IMG/VR virus record: IMGVR_UViG_3300028025_000092
Source of the DNA: a virus
Length of the DNA: 64,000 nucleotides
Reading direction: 5' to 3' (one strand)
A model generated the notes under the pieces. The model was not told where the DNA came from. It searched no databases and saw nothing but the letters and a program-made list of their open reading frames with translations. Every line of letters starts with the position of its first letter. The stretch's first letter is position 1. Positions 1 through 10,852 of this stretch are shown here, piece by piece. Both the position numbers and the translations under genes were made by a program.

Positions 1-2
1 GT

Positions 3-1412
3 GTAGAGAGAGGTATTGATCCTTCAATTTTTAATCTCTATGTTAACGATACCCTTTATGATAAAGCAGGATCCAGATCTGTTCAGGAATATTTAACCGA
101 TGATATTATTCAGATTCCAAATTACGTTTTTAATAATACGATTTCTCTTTCAATCAACGATTTTAAGAGCTTTCTTAAAATGTCACCAGCAGACAAGAAA
201 TCTATTATTGATAAAATATTCGGATTCTATGTAATCAACGAGATGAGGGATCTTTTAAAGGACGAATCTAAAGCTATCAAAGAAAATATGGCTAGATTAA
301 GTGGAGAAATAGATGGTCTCACACGTACACTTTCCAGAACTCAAGAAGAATTACAGTCTCTTTCAGAGAAGATAAAAGAGGATTCAAAGGGTAAAACCGA
401 GGATTTGGAAGAAAAGATTTCAAAATTTTCTTCTCTTCTTGATATGCACAAAGAAAAGGTCTCACAGTTTAATTCATTAGAGACAGAGGTTTCTGATCAG
501 GTAAAATCCGCATATAGAGCAGTAACAACGGCAAAAGAATCCAAGAGAACCATAGAGCAAAAAATTAGACTTTACGAAAACGATAAATGTCCGACATGCA
601 CCACGGATCTTTCCGGATTATTTCACCAAGGATTAAAAGACGAACTTAATAAACAGTTATCTGATTTTAACTCTGTTATAGATTCACACCAAGAAAACTA
701 TGATAGCGCATTAAAAAAAGAAGCAGAAATAAGAAAAGAAAAAACCTCAATAACGGAAAAAGGAAATAAAATCATAGTTAACATAAATTCTATTAAAGAG
801 GAGCTTAAAAAACTAAAATCTGTATCAGCAGTGCGTGGTTTAGACTCTTTAAAGAAAATATCAGAAGATACAAGGGAAAGTATACAAGAATTCTCACAGG
901 AAAGATCAAAGGAGGAGAAAAAATCCGAATGGATAAAGAAAATAGAGGATATACTAGGGGATAAGGGTGTTAAGCAATTGGCTCTAAGAACTATTCTTCC
1001 CTCATTAAACGGTAATATAGCAGAACTAATGGGGTCATTACATCTTCCTTATACTGTCACATTCGACGAAGATTTTAACGCATCTGTAGTTCATATGGGA
1101 GAGGAGATATCAACATCGACCCTCAGCACGGGCGAAATGAAAAAAGTTGACTTTGCAGTTTTGCTTTCTGTCATTAAATTAATGAAAATTAGATTTAGCA
1201 GCATAAATCTTTTGTTTTTGGATGAGATATTTAGCTCAGTTGACCCTGACGGGGTTTATACAATTCTAAACACGCTCAGAAAAATATGTGACGACTTAGG
1301 GTTAAATGTTTTTGTTATAAACCATGCTCCTATGCCGACAGAGATTTTTGATTACAAAATTGAGATCCAGAAAAGAAATAACTTCTCGGATCTCCTCGTA
1401 GAGAAGGTTTAA
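3..1412 (+). CDS. gp46: Recombination endonuclease ATPase subunit (T4 gp46 / SbcC-Rad50-like), 5'-truncated by window edge
   Basis: Frame is open from position 3 (VERGIDPSIF...) through to 1412. Long coiled coil with CPTC zinc hook, signature LSTGE, Walker B LLFLDEIFSSVD, H-loop VINH. Confidence 0.92.
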   Translation, partial: VERGIDPSIFNLYVNDTLYDKAGSRSVQEYLTDDIIQIPNYVFNNTISLSINDFKSFLKMSPADKKSIIDKIFGFYVINEMRDLLKDESKAIKENMARLSGEIDGLTRTLSRTQEELQSLSEKIKEDSKGKTEDLEEKISKFSSLLDMHKEKVSQFNSLETEVSDQVKSAYRAVTTAKESKRTIEQKIRLYENDKCPTCTTDLSGLFHQGLKDELNKQLSDFNSVIDSHQENYDSALKKEAEIRKEKTSITEKGNKIIVNINSIKEELKKLKSVSAVRGLDSLKKISEDTRESIQEFSQERSKEEKKSEWIKKIEDILGDKGVKQLALRTILPSLNGNIAELMGSLHLPYTVTFDEDFNASVVHMGEEISTSTLSTGEMKKVDFAVLLSVIKLMKIRFSSINLLFLDEIFSSVDPDGVYTILNTLRKICDDLGLNVFVINHAPMPTEIFDYKIEIQKRNNFSDLLVEKV

Positions 1413-1420
1413 TAATTTTC

Positions 1421-1428
1421 AATATATA
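1421..1428 (+). promoter_or_regulatory. Late-type promoter variant AATATATA
   Basis: One mismatch to the recurrent GATATATA box; 5 nt before ATG 1434. Confidence 0.5.
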
Positions 1429-1433
1429 GGGAT

Positions 1434-1754
1434 ATGGCACTACTATCAAGAAACGATATAGAAAAATATTCCTATTTTTTTGTTACAAAAAATAACAAAA
1501 GAACCCTTTCTAGAATATCATTAAGTGAATTTTTTGTTTATAAATTCGAAAATCCGGTAACAGAGCAAAGGGGGAAAGCGTATCTAACTGACGAATACGT
1601 TACTAATGTTTACGCAATGTCTGACGATTTTTACAAAAAGGAATCTTTCCTTCATCCCAAGTATACAAACCAAAAAAACCTACCAATATTATTTAAGTAC
1701 ACGGAACTGCCCGTGACTGAGGTTAGCGTGGAAATGAGCAGAACACTAAAATAA
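1434..1754 (+). CDS. Hypothetical protein
   Basis: 106-aa ORF filling the gap; no recognised motif. Confidence 0.7.
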   Translation: MALLSRNDIEKYSYFFVTKNNKRTLSRISLSEFFVYKFENPVTEQRGKAYLTDEYVTNVYAMSDDFYKKESFLHPKYTNQKNLPILFKYTELPVTEVSVEMSRTLK

Positions 1755-1758
1755 GCAT

Positions 1759-2556
1759 ATGAATTTTTTAGACAAATTTAACAGCGATGACATATTTTTC
1801 AGAGGAATGATTATAGGAATGCTAAAATCATTGAACGAAAAAATCACATATTTCCAAACAACATCAGCGGGAAAAATTCAAGAGATATACATCCCATTTT
1901 TTTATTCCTTAGCAGGAGATGAGTCATTTCTTCAAGATTTTTATCTTAATTACGGGGATTGTGACGGAAATCCAGCATTTGCGGAGGGTAACTATGATGT
2001 TATACCGAGAGGTATTTTAGAATACGCAAGCTCTAGAATAAACACGGCATCATCCACAAATAAATACGTAAGAGGAACCTACGAAAAAGAGATAGTACAA
2101 GATACTGGGGGATCCGAAATGAAGGCTTATTCTGCGTACCTATCCCCTATTCCGATTGATGCATCATTTAATCTAAAGATCAAGGTTGACACTAACACTG
2201 ATGCTATGAAGATACAGGCAAGGGTAATTGAGGTTCTATTTAAAAACTTTGTTTATTACTTTGAGTATAACGGATTTAGAGTTCCTGTACAGGTTTCTTT
2301 ACCCGACCAAGTCCCAGAAAAAAGCCCAAATCAATTTAATTTCAGCTATGGAAGTACTAGAGGAGAGGGCATAACATTAAGTTTATCGGTTAATGCTGAA
2401 ACCTACCTACCTCAATTAGATATGTCTACTGAAAGGTTCAGGGGTAATTTAATGCAAGGTGGGATTAGGGTTAAGACTGAACTTGGGGTAGTCCCGCCAG
2501 ATAATTCAGCAATACTAAAGGGCGTGGATATTCTTTCCAATAATACTATCAGATAA
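1759..2556 (+). CDS. gp15: Tail sheath stabiliser / tail completion protein (T4 gp15-like)
   Basis: EIYIPFFYS, VIPRG and YLSPIPIDASFNLKIK...DAMKIQARVIE resemble gp15; adjacent to the gp14-like gene and terminase. Confidence 0.65.
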   Translation: MNFLDKFNSDDIFFRGMIIGMLKSLNEKITYFQTTSAGKIQEIYIPFFYSLAGDESFLQDFYLNYGDCDGNPAFAEGNYDVIPRGILEYASSRINTASSTNKYVRGTYEKEIVQDTGGSEMKAYSAYLSPIPIDASFNLKIKVDTNTDAMKIQARVIEVLFKNFVYYFEYNGFRVPVQVSLPDQVPEKSPNQFNFSYGSTRGEGITLSLSVNAETYLPQLDMSTERFRGNLMQGGIRVKTELGVVPPDNSAILKGVDILSNNTIR

Positions 2557-2586
2557 TTACGGTCTTATAATAACCGTGATTTTTTT
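2556..2586 (+). terminator. Putative intrinsic terminator
   Basis: ATTACGGT...ACCGTGAT stem followed by a T-run, right after the gp15 stop. Confidence 0.5.
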
Positions 2587-2590
2587 CGCT

Positions 2591-2598
2591 GATATATA
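2591..2598 (+). promoter_or_regulatory. Late promoter box GATATATA
   Basis: Exact recurrent motif 6 nt before ATG 2605. Confidence 0.65.
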
Positions 2599-2604
2599 GG
2601 AACA

Positions 2605-4761
2605 ATGACAGATCCTATTATTTTTTCAAGCATAGGTAACTATAGAATAATTAACTATAATTCCGCGTTCAAAGACGTTAACCGGTTTAGAGGGTGGATT
2701 ATAGAAACATCGGGAGAGGTTGAAAATTCTAGTTATCTATTAAAGGAATTCCGATGGAGTACCAATAACAGCAATTGGTCTCTGTGGATGCCTTTACTAC
2801 AGGAAAATATTGATGTGATAGAGCTAGATCCAGCTAAAGAATTTTATGTTGAATTTAAGTTTACTGCAAATTCGGACGAAGATTCTAGTCCTTATTTTCC
2901 GGAGGGTACTAACCTAGAAACACCAATAGTTCTAGAAAACTTCGACGTTGATTTAGTTTATAGGGAGATAGATTATAGGGATTTAGCGACAAAACCTGCT
3001 ATTCTTTGTTCGAAGGAACTTTATACAAAGTCCGTAATATTCAATCCAACTTGTACCGATAAATTATTTAAACCCTACGACGTAAATAAGGGAATAAATG
3101 TTTATCAGGATCTAAGCAGAACAGTAAACGAACTTTTTGGCCACGAAATTAATTATTACTCAATTCAGCCTAATGGAAGAGGTAAGGATGTAATATTAAA
3201 GGAATACAGTCTTTTTGATGTTGTTGCGGAGAAATGTGTTAAAGTTATGGTTCCAGGGAATAACTTCCCGGACAATAAGCCAATTTATGACACGTTCGGA
3301 ATACAATTTGAACAGCCATTAGAGATTCACATTGATAGAAAGTATTTTGAAAGTATATTCGGAAAAGGAGCATCACCAAGGAAGAGGGATATTATTTTCT
3401 TCCCACTTACAAACAGAATTTATCAAATAGAATCAACATATCTACATAGGGATTTTAATTTATATCCGGTATTTTTTAAATGCCAATTGATGAAGTATGA
3501 GGTTAAACAAAACACCCAATTTCTCAATCCTGTTGCAGAAAAAGAATTACACGATTACACGGTAAATACAAAAGATCTATTCGGCGAAGAGACACAAGAT
3601 GAAATAGAAAAAGTAACAAAGAAACAACAATACTTTATTTCGTCACAGAGAAGAAGTGAAGATCCTACTAGAGCTTATATAGACCATTATTTACCTATTA
3701 TAGAATTTGATTTAAACAACAACTACACGATCGTATTTAACAGTTATTATGATTTAGAAAGATATCTTTATGATGATCCTTTATCTAATTCAAAAACAGA
3801 AGAGCAAAGGGAAGCAGTTAGATATAAATCAGTTCCAATTTTAGGTGATAATGATGAATTGTCGTTTACCTGTTGGTTTAAAACAAGAAACTATATCGAC
3901 AAAACCAAACTTGTAAATAGGCCATCAGCAAAATTATCGATATCTTCATACGTTCAGGGTAGCGGAACTATAACATATTCATCATCAACCCCACATAAGT
4001 TAACTATGGCGGATGGGTATGTCTCGATACTTGCGGATTCGGCAAGATCTGGTGGATTCAAGATCTTAAGCATCCCTGATCAATATTCATTTAGGGTTGC
4101 AGATAATGGATCTACCATATCTGGATCGATAGCAACCTGGAAATTCCAAAAAGCACAGGCAAGAAATTTAATATACGGGAGAAAAGACGGAAATGGCATA
4201 TCAATACAAATGATATGGTCAGGATCTAATCTTACCCCAACAAGTACTGAATACTTACAAACAGGATCATTTAGAATACTAATTAACGACTTAGAAATAT
4301 TATCACCATTTGGTGCTGGTACTAATTCTCCGATAGGGAATTTTATACCTACTCTTGACGATTGGTACGGATTCGTATTTAATTTCTCAAATATATTTAA
4401 ACAATATTCTGTGAATGTTTGGCAAATGCTTTATGACCCCGAAAATCCTGATGCACAAACTTCAGATCTCGGTATAGTGCATTTTAAAGAAGGATTAATT
4501 TCTCAAAAATATACATATGAAATTCCTTCAGATATAGAACAAAGTAACCAGGTAGAAACATGGAAAAGTGATAATAACTCATATAAAATACTAGGAAGTC
4601 CTTTGTATTTGACTAATCTAAGAATTTTTCAAAATATGATTGAAAAAGAAAAGCAATCAGCAATTCTAAACCAGAACGTGGTAGGAGATTCCCAATTAGC
4701 AATAATTATTGATAATGCTAAACCAGTTCTTAAGCTTCCTAAAATAGCTAAAAACAGATAA
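2605..4761 (+). CDS. gp14: Neck protein (gp14-like core) with N-terminal extension and C-terminal LamG/concanavalin-like domain
   Basis: gp14-like FGIQFEQPLEIHIDRKYF...PRKRDIIFFPLTNRIYQIE; the C-terminal part has LamG-type motifs SFTCWFK, WYGFVF and LTNLRIF. Confidence 0.7.
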   Translation: MTDPIIFSSIGNYRIINYNSAFKDVNRFRGWIIETSGEVENSSYLLKEFRWSTNNSNWSLWMPLLQENIDVIELDPAKEFYVEFKFTANSDEDSSPYFPEGTNLETPIVLENFDVDLVYREIDYRDLATKPAILCSKELYTKSVIFNPTCTDKLFKPYDVNKGINVYQDLSRTVNELFGHEINYYSIQPNGRGKDVILKEYSLFDVVAEKCVKVMVPGNNFPDNKPIYDTFGIQFEQPLEIHIDRKYFESIFGKGASPRKRDIIFFPLTNRIYQIESTYLHRDFNLYPVFFKCQLMKYEVKQNTQFLNPVAEKELHDYTVNTKDLFGEETQDEIEKVTKKQQYFISSQRRSEDPTRAYIDHYLPIIEFDLNNNYTIVFNSYYDLERYLYDDPLSNSKTEEQREAVRYKSVPILGDNDELSFTCWFKTRNYIDKTKLVNRPSAKLSISSYVQGSGTITYSSSTPHKLTMADGYVSILADSARSGGFKILSIPDQYSFRVADNGSTISGSIATWKFQKAQARNLIYGRKDGNGISIQMIWSGSNLTPTSTEYLQTGSFRILINDLEILSPFGAGTNSPIGNFIPTLDDWYGFVFNFSNIFKQYSVNVWQMLYDPENPDAQTSDLGIVHFKEGLISQKYTYEIPSDIEQSNQVETWKSDNNSYKILGSPLYLTNLRIFQNMIEKEKQSAILNQNVVGDSQLAIIIDNAKPVLKLPKIAKNR

Positions 4762-4765
4762 ATTT

Positions 4766-5560
4766 ATGCCGAGAAGACCACCGAAAATTAAATCAACAAG
4801 TCTAAGTAAAGAAGATGCGTTGAAGAAAAAACAGGAGCTTGAGGATCTTATTTTTAATAACGAAACATTAGACGGACTTGGATCACCGGATATACCACCG
4901 ATGAAGCCTTTACGCGTTATGAATTTCGACAGTTTAAAAACTGAGGTAGAAACGGAATCCAAAAGTATATTAGGTTCATTGATCAAGTTCTATATGGACA
5001 CTGATATTATAGACGAAAACGATTATATCCATTTTAGAGCTAAGATAGATGCTTTAAGTATATCAACAATGGCATTTCAAATAAGAACAGCCCAACACGC
5101 TGTTACTAAAATGCTAGACGAAATAGATGCAGGAGGTCAATATCAGGCCAGAAACTTTGAGGTTCTTGCCCAGATGCAGAATCAGCTAATGCAAATGCCC
5201 TCCAAATTCCAGGCATATTTGGCAGAAATGGAAAAAACATATAAGACATTAAACACCGAATCCAAAAATTCTGACAATAGACAAAAACCCCTGATGACTG
5301 ATGATGATGGAAACACAGTTACTATTCCTGGTATATCTGGAGAGGGCGGAACTGTTAAGGTTCGTGGAAATAAGAATTTAATGGAGGGATTACAAAACGT
5401 AATCAAGACCGAAGTTATAGTAAAAAGAGCTCAGATAATAGATGGCCCAGATAAAAATTTGATAGATCCCAAGATGAAAGATCTTATCACTCCAGAAGAT
5501 GAGCTAAGACAAATGAAGGAGGAGGAAACAAAGATTGAACTCGACGAAGATCTATTTTAA
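4766..5560 (+). CDS. gp16: Probable terminase small subunit (gp16-like)
   Basis: Directly upstream of the large terminase; helical ARNFEVLAQMQNQL segment resembles the gp16 PRAYEV region. Confidence 0.6.
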   Translation: MPRRPPKIKSTSLSKEDALKKKQELEDLIFNNETLDGLGSPDIPPMKPLRVMNFDSLKTEVETESKSILGSLIKFYMDTDIIDENDYIHFRAKIDALSISTMAFQIRTAQHAVTKMLDEIDAGGQYQARNFEVLAQMQNQLMQMPSKFQAYLAEMEKTYKTLNTESKNSDNRQKPLMTDDDGNTVTIPGISGEGGTVKVRGNKNLMEGLQNVIKTEVIVKRAQIIDGPDKNLIDPKMKDLITPEDELRQMKEEETKIELDEDLF

Positions 5561-5562
5561 TT

Positions 5563-7371
5563 ATGGTAGAAGAAAAACAACAAAGTAATTATTGGACAAC
5601 CGAGAGGGTCAATAAAATTATACAGAATGCTGATGAAAATGGTGTAGACTTTAAAGATGTCGACAATCCATTCCATGAGAACGATCCCGAATTAAGACGG
5701 GGAGGAATATTATATGAGTATACAGAATGGGAAGTTGAAGAATTTAAAAAATGTGCTTCTGATGTTACCTATTTTGCCAATACCTATTGTAACGCAATGA
5801 CCGATGAGGGGATTAGAAAGATTACACTTAGAGATTATCAGGAGCAAATTCTAACACAATATCAGGAACATAGATTTAATATATTCTTAAGTCCGAGACA
5901 GAGTGGTAAGACAGTAACTTCTTCAATATTTCTTTTGTGGTATCTTCTTTTTAATTTCGACAAGAATGCGATGATCCTTGCGAACATCGGAGATACAGCA
6001 ACGGAATTGATGGATAAGATTAAGATTATCATGAAGGGTCTGCCATTCTTCTTAAAGCCCGGTGTATTTGTGTACAACGTCATGACCATGAAGTTTGATA
6101 ATGGATGTAGAATAATGGCTAAGACGACAACTAAACAGTCCTCTATCGGTTTTACTGTTCACTTTCTATACATGGATGAGTTTGCACACATTAATCCAAA
6201 CTTTATTGGGCAGTTCTTTAAATCTGTATATCCTACCATCTCATCTTCTAAAATATCAAGGATTATTATAACTTCAACCCCTAACGGGATGAATAAATTC
6301 TATGAGATATACAAATCTGCTATAGACGGGGAAAATGAATTTAACCCAATTAGAGTAGATTGGTGGCAAGTACCAGGAAGGGATGAAGAGTGGAAAAGAA
6401 AGGAAATTGCAAACTTAGGATCCGAAGAGGACTTTAACCAGGAATATGGTAATCAATTTTTAAGCTCTTCTAAATTATTGTTAGATTCATATACACTTAA
6501 AAAGTTAAAAAAGACCGAGGTAGAATTTGTACACAAAGAATTACTTCCTTTCCAAAATTCTATTGTTGATTATGCAGATCTTAAATGGCATCCCAATTTT
6601 GATCCTTCTAATTTATGGGAGGATGGAGAAAATAAAAGATTTGTAATCTCAGTCGATACCGCAGGAGGCGGGGGAGGTGATTATACAGCGGTTAATATAT
6701 TAAAGGTATCACCTAAACCTATATCTCTTATTGAAGAAAAAAAATTCTTCGAAGATGAGTCCGACTTTTTCTCCCTTTTACAAGTTGGACTTTACAAATC
6801 AAACACTATCCAGATAGAAGAGCTAAAAGTTTTTTTAGAAGTGCTTTGTACTGAGGTTTTTAATCCCGAACAGATAAAAGTTGCAGTAGAGGTTGATTAT
6901 AGGGGGGAATATTTGATAGAAAAACTTCTTTTGGGTGAGAAATTCTTTTCAGAAATGCTAGTATTTACAAGGCACACAGAGAGCTCGAAGCAAATGAAAA
7001 TGGGTGTTAAAATGACCCCAAAGACCAAGGAAAAATATTGTGAGGATCTAAAAATAAACACCAGAAATTCTAGAATAATTCCTACGGAAAAAACAACAAT
7101 AATGGAATTAAGTAATTTTGGGGAAACCAGCAAGGGAATATATCAAAGTCAGGTGGGTAAAGATGATATAGCTATGACCCTTGTAGTTGCCAATTCTGTG
7201 TTTGAATATCAGGATTTTAATTATCTGGTGATGGATATTTATGATAGTATACCAGAAAAATATAAAAATGCCATCAATAAAAAAATGGGTGAATCTGGGG
7301 AGAATGGCAATATTGGAGACCCTGCATCTAGGGAAATGGAAACATATAACGTTTTTAAGGACTTCTTTTAA
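5563..7371 (+). CDS. gp17: Terminase large subunit
   Basis: LRDYQ adenine-binding motif, Walker A PRQSGKT, Walker B LYMDEFAHI, ITSTPNG, nuclease VDTAGGGGGDY and DDIAM. Confidence 0.97.
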   Translation: MVEEKQQSNYWTTERVNKIIQNADENGVDFKDVDNPFHENDPELRRGGILYEYTEWEVEEFKKCASDVTYFANTYCNAMTDEGIRKITLRDYQEQILTQYQEHRFNIFLSPRQSGKTVTSSIFLLWYLLFNFDKNAMILANIGDTATELMDKIKIIMKGLPFFLKPGVFVYNVMTMKFDNGCRIMAKTTTKQSSIGFTVHFLYMDEFAHINPNFIGQFFKSVYPTISSSKISRIIITSTPNGMNKFYEIYKSAIDGENEFNPIRVDWWQVPGRDEEWKRKEIANLGSEEDFNQEYGNQFLSSSKLLLDSYTLKKLKKTEVEFVHKELLPFQNSIVDYADLKWHPNFDPSNLWEDGENKRFVISVDTAGGGGGDYTAVNILKVSPKPISLIEEKKFFEDESDFFSLLQVGLYKSNTIQIEELKVFLEVLCTEVFNPEQIKVAVEVDYRGEYLIEKLLLGEKFFSEMLVFTRHTESSKQMKMGVKMTPKTKEKYCEDLKINTRNSRIIPTEKTTIMELSNFGETSKGIYQSQVGKDDIAMTLVVANSVFEYQDFNYLVMDIYDSIPEKYKNAINKKMGESGENGNIGDPASREMETYNVFKDFF

Positions 7372-7381
7372 CAAATTATTT

Positions 7382-7444
7382 GATATATACTTAAAGAGAA
7401 GGACTTTGAGACAACTCTAAAGTTCTCCCTCAAAAAGATATATA
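7382..7444 (+). promoter_or_regulatory. Tandem late promoter boxes GATATATA (7382-7389 and 7437-7444)
   Basis: Two exact copies flanking an imperfect hairpin, upstream of the sheath ATG 7462. Confidence 0.7.
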
Positions 7445-7461
7445 CAAGTAAAAAATACAAA

Positions 7462-10400
7462 ATGGCAAAGAAGTTAACTCTGGATCTATCCGTTTTTAAA
7501 AGTTCTGGTGTTTACACCTTAGAATTTGACGCTTCTGAAAACATTGTAGTAAATCCTCAAACTGTTAGATTGGTAGTTGGTTTTTCAACTAAAGGACCTT
7601 TTAACACCCCGGTTTATGTACCTGACATTCAGACAGCTCTCAAAGTTTTTGGTGACATTGACAGAGCTTTAGAGAAAAAAGGATCATTCTTTCATCGATC
7701 TATATTCACGTGCTTAAACAGTGGACCTGTTTTCGCTTTGAATCTACTTAAATTAAATAATACGGTTACTGAAACAGGAACTCCTGACGTAGCAAATGGA
7801 TCAGACGTTGCTAGATATAGAGCGTTTTCTATTGATACAGCAGAAGCTAACGGTGCAAACTCTACAGCGGATTACACAAGATCCAATGCACTTTTACCAA
7901 AACAGGATAAGTTAGTTTCCTCCTATTATAATAAAGAAAAATTCTGGTTTCCTGATCCGAATATGCTTCTTGCCACTATAGATACCACGGAACAGTCCAA
8001 ATTATTCAGCTTAGTTAACCTTAGCCAAAATCCAATTAGTATTATAATCAAGAAATCCCTTGATGCTAGAATCCCTATCAAAGGATTCGATATTACTGCT
8101 CAGGAATACTTCGGGTCAAACAATGTTCCAGTATTTATGAATCCTAATGATTACGTCTCAGATTACTTTATAGACGTTATTGCAGTTAGCGGAAATTGGT
8201 CTAATTATTCAGATCTTTCTTTGGATCCTATTTATTCTTCCTACTTTACTTCTAAAGGATTTATAAAATCAAAAATTGATGATTTTCTATCATTAAATGA
8301 AGTAAACGTTGTTCTTACGACTACCGGATGTTTAATCCCAGATTTTGCAGATCAAAACGGTATAACACAATACATTAAAACACTTATCAATAATCAAGTT
8401 GGTCAGACCGGAATTCTTTGTGCAGTAAACGAAGAGGCACTTGACGATCTTGAAAGCAATACATCATTTATAGATTTGGTTGGTCACCACTTGACAGGAG
8501 CATTAGATCCTGGATCTATCCAGATTGACAATATAGATTTCTTAAGCTACAGTGCACCACTAATTGCTGATTTTTCATATTCAGTAAACAGTCAAACTGT
8601 AAGTGATCTAGTTTCACCAAACGCTCAGTTACTTGAAGTTGGTACCACATACGAAGATTCTTTAGCAAATCCTGGGGTTAGTGGGGTTGATTCGGCAGAT
8701 TTTGCAGCTTATAATTATCAAAATGCAGATGCTGGATTACCTTATATACAAACTAATTTCCAAGGAGCTACAGCAGGAGACAGAAAAACTGCATTAAGAG
8801 AATTCTTAGCAGTAACATCTACTTCAATCGGACCTAAGTTTATTTTAGGAAAAGTTACATCAACTTTAGCTGGAAATGTAGAGGCTAGAAAATATTTTGC
8901 CGACGGAGACGTAGTTAAACTAAAAATAGAGGAAGTTAAGGAAGTTACGGTTGCACCAGGAAACGTTCAGGTTAGAATTAAATGGTCACATCCATTATTT
9001 AAATCTACAACACATCTAGTTGAGCCTTATGACGAAACAAATTTATCATCTGGAAAATATCAATTCTGTAAATCAGATTATTTTGATATTGTAGATCCTC
9101 TTGAAACTAGCCCAGGTTCTTTAGGAAGTCCGGTAGTTATACCTAATCAAACGATAGGAAACTTTAATTATTTCGGATATTCAGAGTCTAAAATCTACAC
9201 AGATTGGGATGGTGGATTAATTAGCGACGGAGATGTTATAAATAAAACATATGATGGATCCCTACTTCAATATATTAAACTTGAAAAATCTATCGATAGA
9301 GATGGATTTGAAGTTCTTGAATTAAAGGCTTATGTAGATTCAGATTTAACAACACAGGAAACCGTGGTTGGAACTGGATTAAGCTATCTTACAAATGCAA
9401 CAGGTGTTGCAGATACGATAGACCAAAATGGATACGATCTAAACATTATATCCTTAGCAGGAAACTTAAATCAATTTATAGAAATCGAATCAATTCCTAC
9501 TCCGAACGTTCAGGTTGAAATGACATTAGAAAATGTTACCGCGTCAGGATTAGCAGTTGGGGATCTTTTAGTTTCCGAAGATATTGATCCTATCACAGGT
9601 TCAAATAGATTGGCTAGAGTAATAGTATCTAAGAGAAATACAACAGGACCAGGAGAATACAGTGTATATGTAACAACCGATAGACCTATTAAAATCTACT
9701 CAGGACAAAGAGTTAATAAATTTAGACCGATTCACAAATTCGTAACAAATCTTAACTTTACATATCTTCCTGGATTCCAATTAAAGAACACACATAAACC
9801 AAACGGTAATGATGATAGATTGGATGAGATCCTAAACGTATTGACAGAAACCAATATTGCTAACACCTTATCTGATAGAAACATTATCACATTTAGATAT
9901 GTTGTAGACACATTTGACGGACAGATACAAACAGATTCTAAGCAGCAGCTTGCAAATCTTGCTAAAAATAGACAAAAATGTCTAGCATTAATTAATGCTC
10001 CTTCAATGGAGAAATTTAAAAACTCTATTGATCCTAGATTTACTACTGCACCATCTGCTACTGATCCAGCACCTTTGCTAAGCGCAAGATATATCGCAGA
10101 CGGCGGTAACCTTGATCTGAATCCTTCATTTAGATTCACACTACCTAGCGAAGATAACGGAGCTAAATTCTGCGGTGTGTTTGCTCCATTCTTAACTATT
10201 AGAGAAAATGGTAAAAACTTTAATATCCCACCAGCAGCTCACGTAAGTAACAATTTCATTAGAAAATTCGTTACTGGTGAACCTTATTCCATCGTAGCTG
10301 GTCAAAAAAGAGGGGTACTTTCAGGATCTAACTTAGTTGGACTTGAATATGATTTCTCTCAAGAAGATAGAGATTTCTTAGAGCCATTTGGTATTAATCC

Positions 10401-10812
10401 GATAGTAAGAAAAAGAAACATTGGATTAGTAATCTTCGGTAACCAAACAGGATATCAAAGAACTAACTCTGCATTTAACAACTTGCACGTTAGAGATCTA
10501 TTAATTACACTTGAAGAAAGCGTAGAAGATATCTTAGCTAACTACTTATTCGATTTCAACGAAGATTCAATCAGACTTGAAATTAAGACTATAGTAGATA
10601 ACTACTTATCAGGGGTTAAGAATGTAGGAGGAATTTACAATTTCTTAACTATCATGGACTCTTCTAACAACACTCCTGCTGTTATCGACCAAAATATCGG
10701 TATTATCGATATAATCGTAGAACCAGCTAGAGGTATACACAAATTTATAAATAGAATGACAGTTGCTAGAACAGGTGGTATAGCTTCTGGTGGATTTATT
10801 CAATTCAGTTAA
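7462..10812 (+). CDS. gp18: Contractile tail sheath protein with large insertion
   Basis: N-terminal SSGVYTLEFD...VGFSTKGPFNTP; C-terminal GINPIV...VIFGNQT...SAFNNLHVRDLL...YLFDFN...DSSNNTPAVIDQN...IIVEPAR. Confidence 0.95.
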   Translation: MAKKLTLDLSVFKSSGVYTLEFDASENIVVNPQTVRLVVGFSTKGPFNTPVYVPDIQTALKVFGDIDRALEKKGSFFHRSIFTCLNSGPVFALNLLKLNNTVTETGTPDVANGSDVARYRAFSIDTAEANGANSTADYTRSNALLPKQDKLVSSYYNKEKFWFPDPNMLLATIDTTEQSKLFSLVNLSQNPISIIIKKSLDARIPIKGFDITAQEYFGSNNVPVFMNPNDYVSDYFIDVIAVSGNWSNYSDLSLDPIYSSYFTSKGFIKSKIDDFLSLNEVNVVLTTTGCLIPDFADQNGITQYIKTLINNQVGQTGILCAVNEEALDDLESNTSFIDLVGHHLTGALDPGSIQIDNIDFLSYSAPLIADFSYSVNSQTVSDLVSPNAQLLEVGTTYEDSLANPGVSGVDSADFAAYNYQNADAGLPYIQTNFQGATAGDRKTALREFLAVTSTSIGPKFILGKVTSTLAGNVEARKYFADGDVVKLKIEEVKEVTVAPGNVQVRIKWSHPLFKSTTHLVEPYDETNLSSGKYQFCKSDYFDIVDPLETSPGSLGSPVVIPNQTIGNFNYFGYSESKIYTDWDGGLISDGDVINKTYDGSLLQYIKLEKSIDRDGFEVLELKAYVDSDLTTQETVVGTGLSYLTNATGVADTIDQNGYDLNIISLAGNLNQFIEIESIPTPNVQVEMTLENVTASGLAVGDLLVSEDIDPITGSNRLARVIVSKRNTTGPGEYSVYVTTDRPIKIYSGQRVNKFRPIHKFVTNLNFTYLPGFQLKNTHKPNGNDDRLDEILNVLTETNIANTLSDRNIITFRYVVDTFDGQIQTDSKQQLANLAKNRQKCLALINAPSMEKFKNSIDPRFTTAPSATDPAPLLSARYIADGGNLDLNPSFRFTLPSEDNGAKFCGVFAPFLTIRENGKNFNIPPAAHVSNNFIRKFVTGEPYSIVAGQKRGVLSGSNLVGLEYDFSQEDRDFLEPFGINPIVRKRNIGLVIFGNQTGYQRTNSAFNNLHVRDLLITLEESVEDILANYLFDFNEDSIRLEIKTIVDNYLSGVKNVGGIYNFLTIMDSSNNTPAVIDQNIGIIDIIVEPARGIHKFINRMTVARTGGIASGGFIQFS

Positions 10813-10835
10813 TTTGATTAAAAACACTATAGAGA

Positions 10836-10843
10836 AATATATA
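10836..10843 (+). promoter_or_regulatory. Late promoter variant AATATATA
   Basis: Upstream of the first tube gene. Confidence 0.5.
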
Positions 10844-10852
10844 AAATAAAAA

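Noticed and set aside
7395-7432. Imperfect hairpin between the two sheath promoters as an ncRNA
   Set aside because: Short, bulged and without a recognisable family; at most a leader or processing structure.
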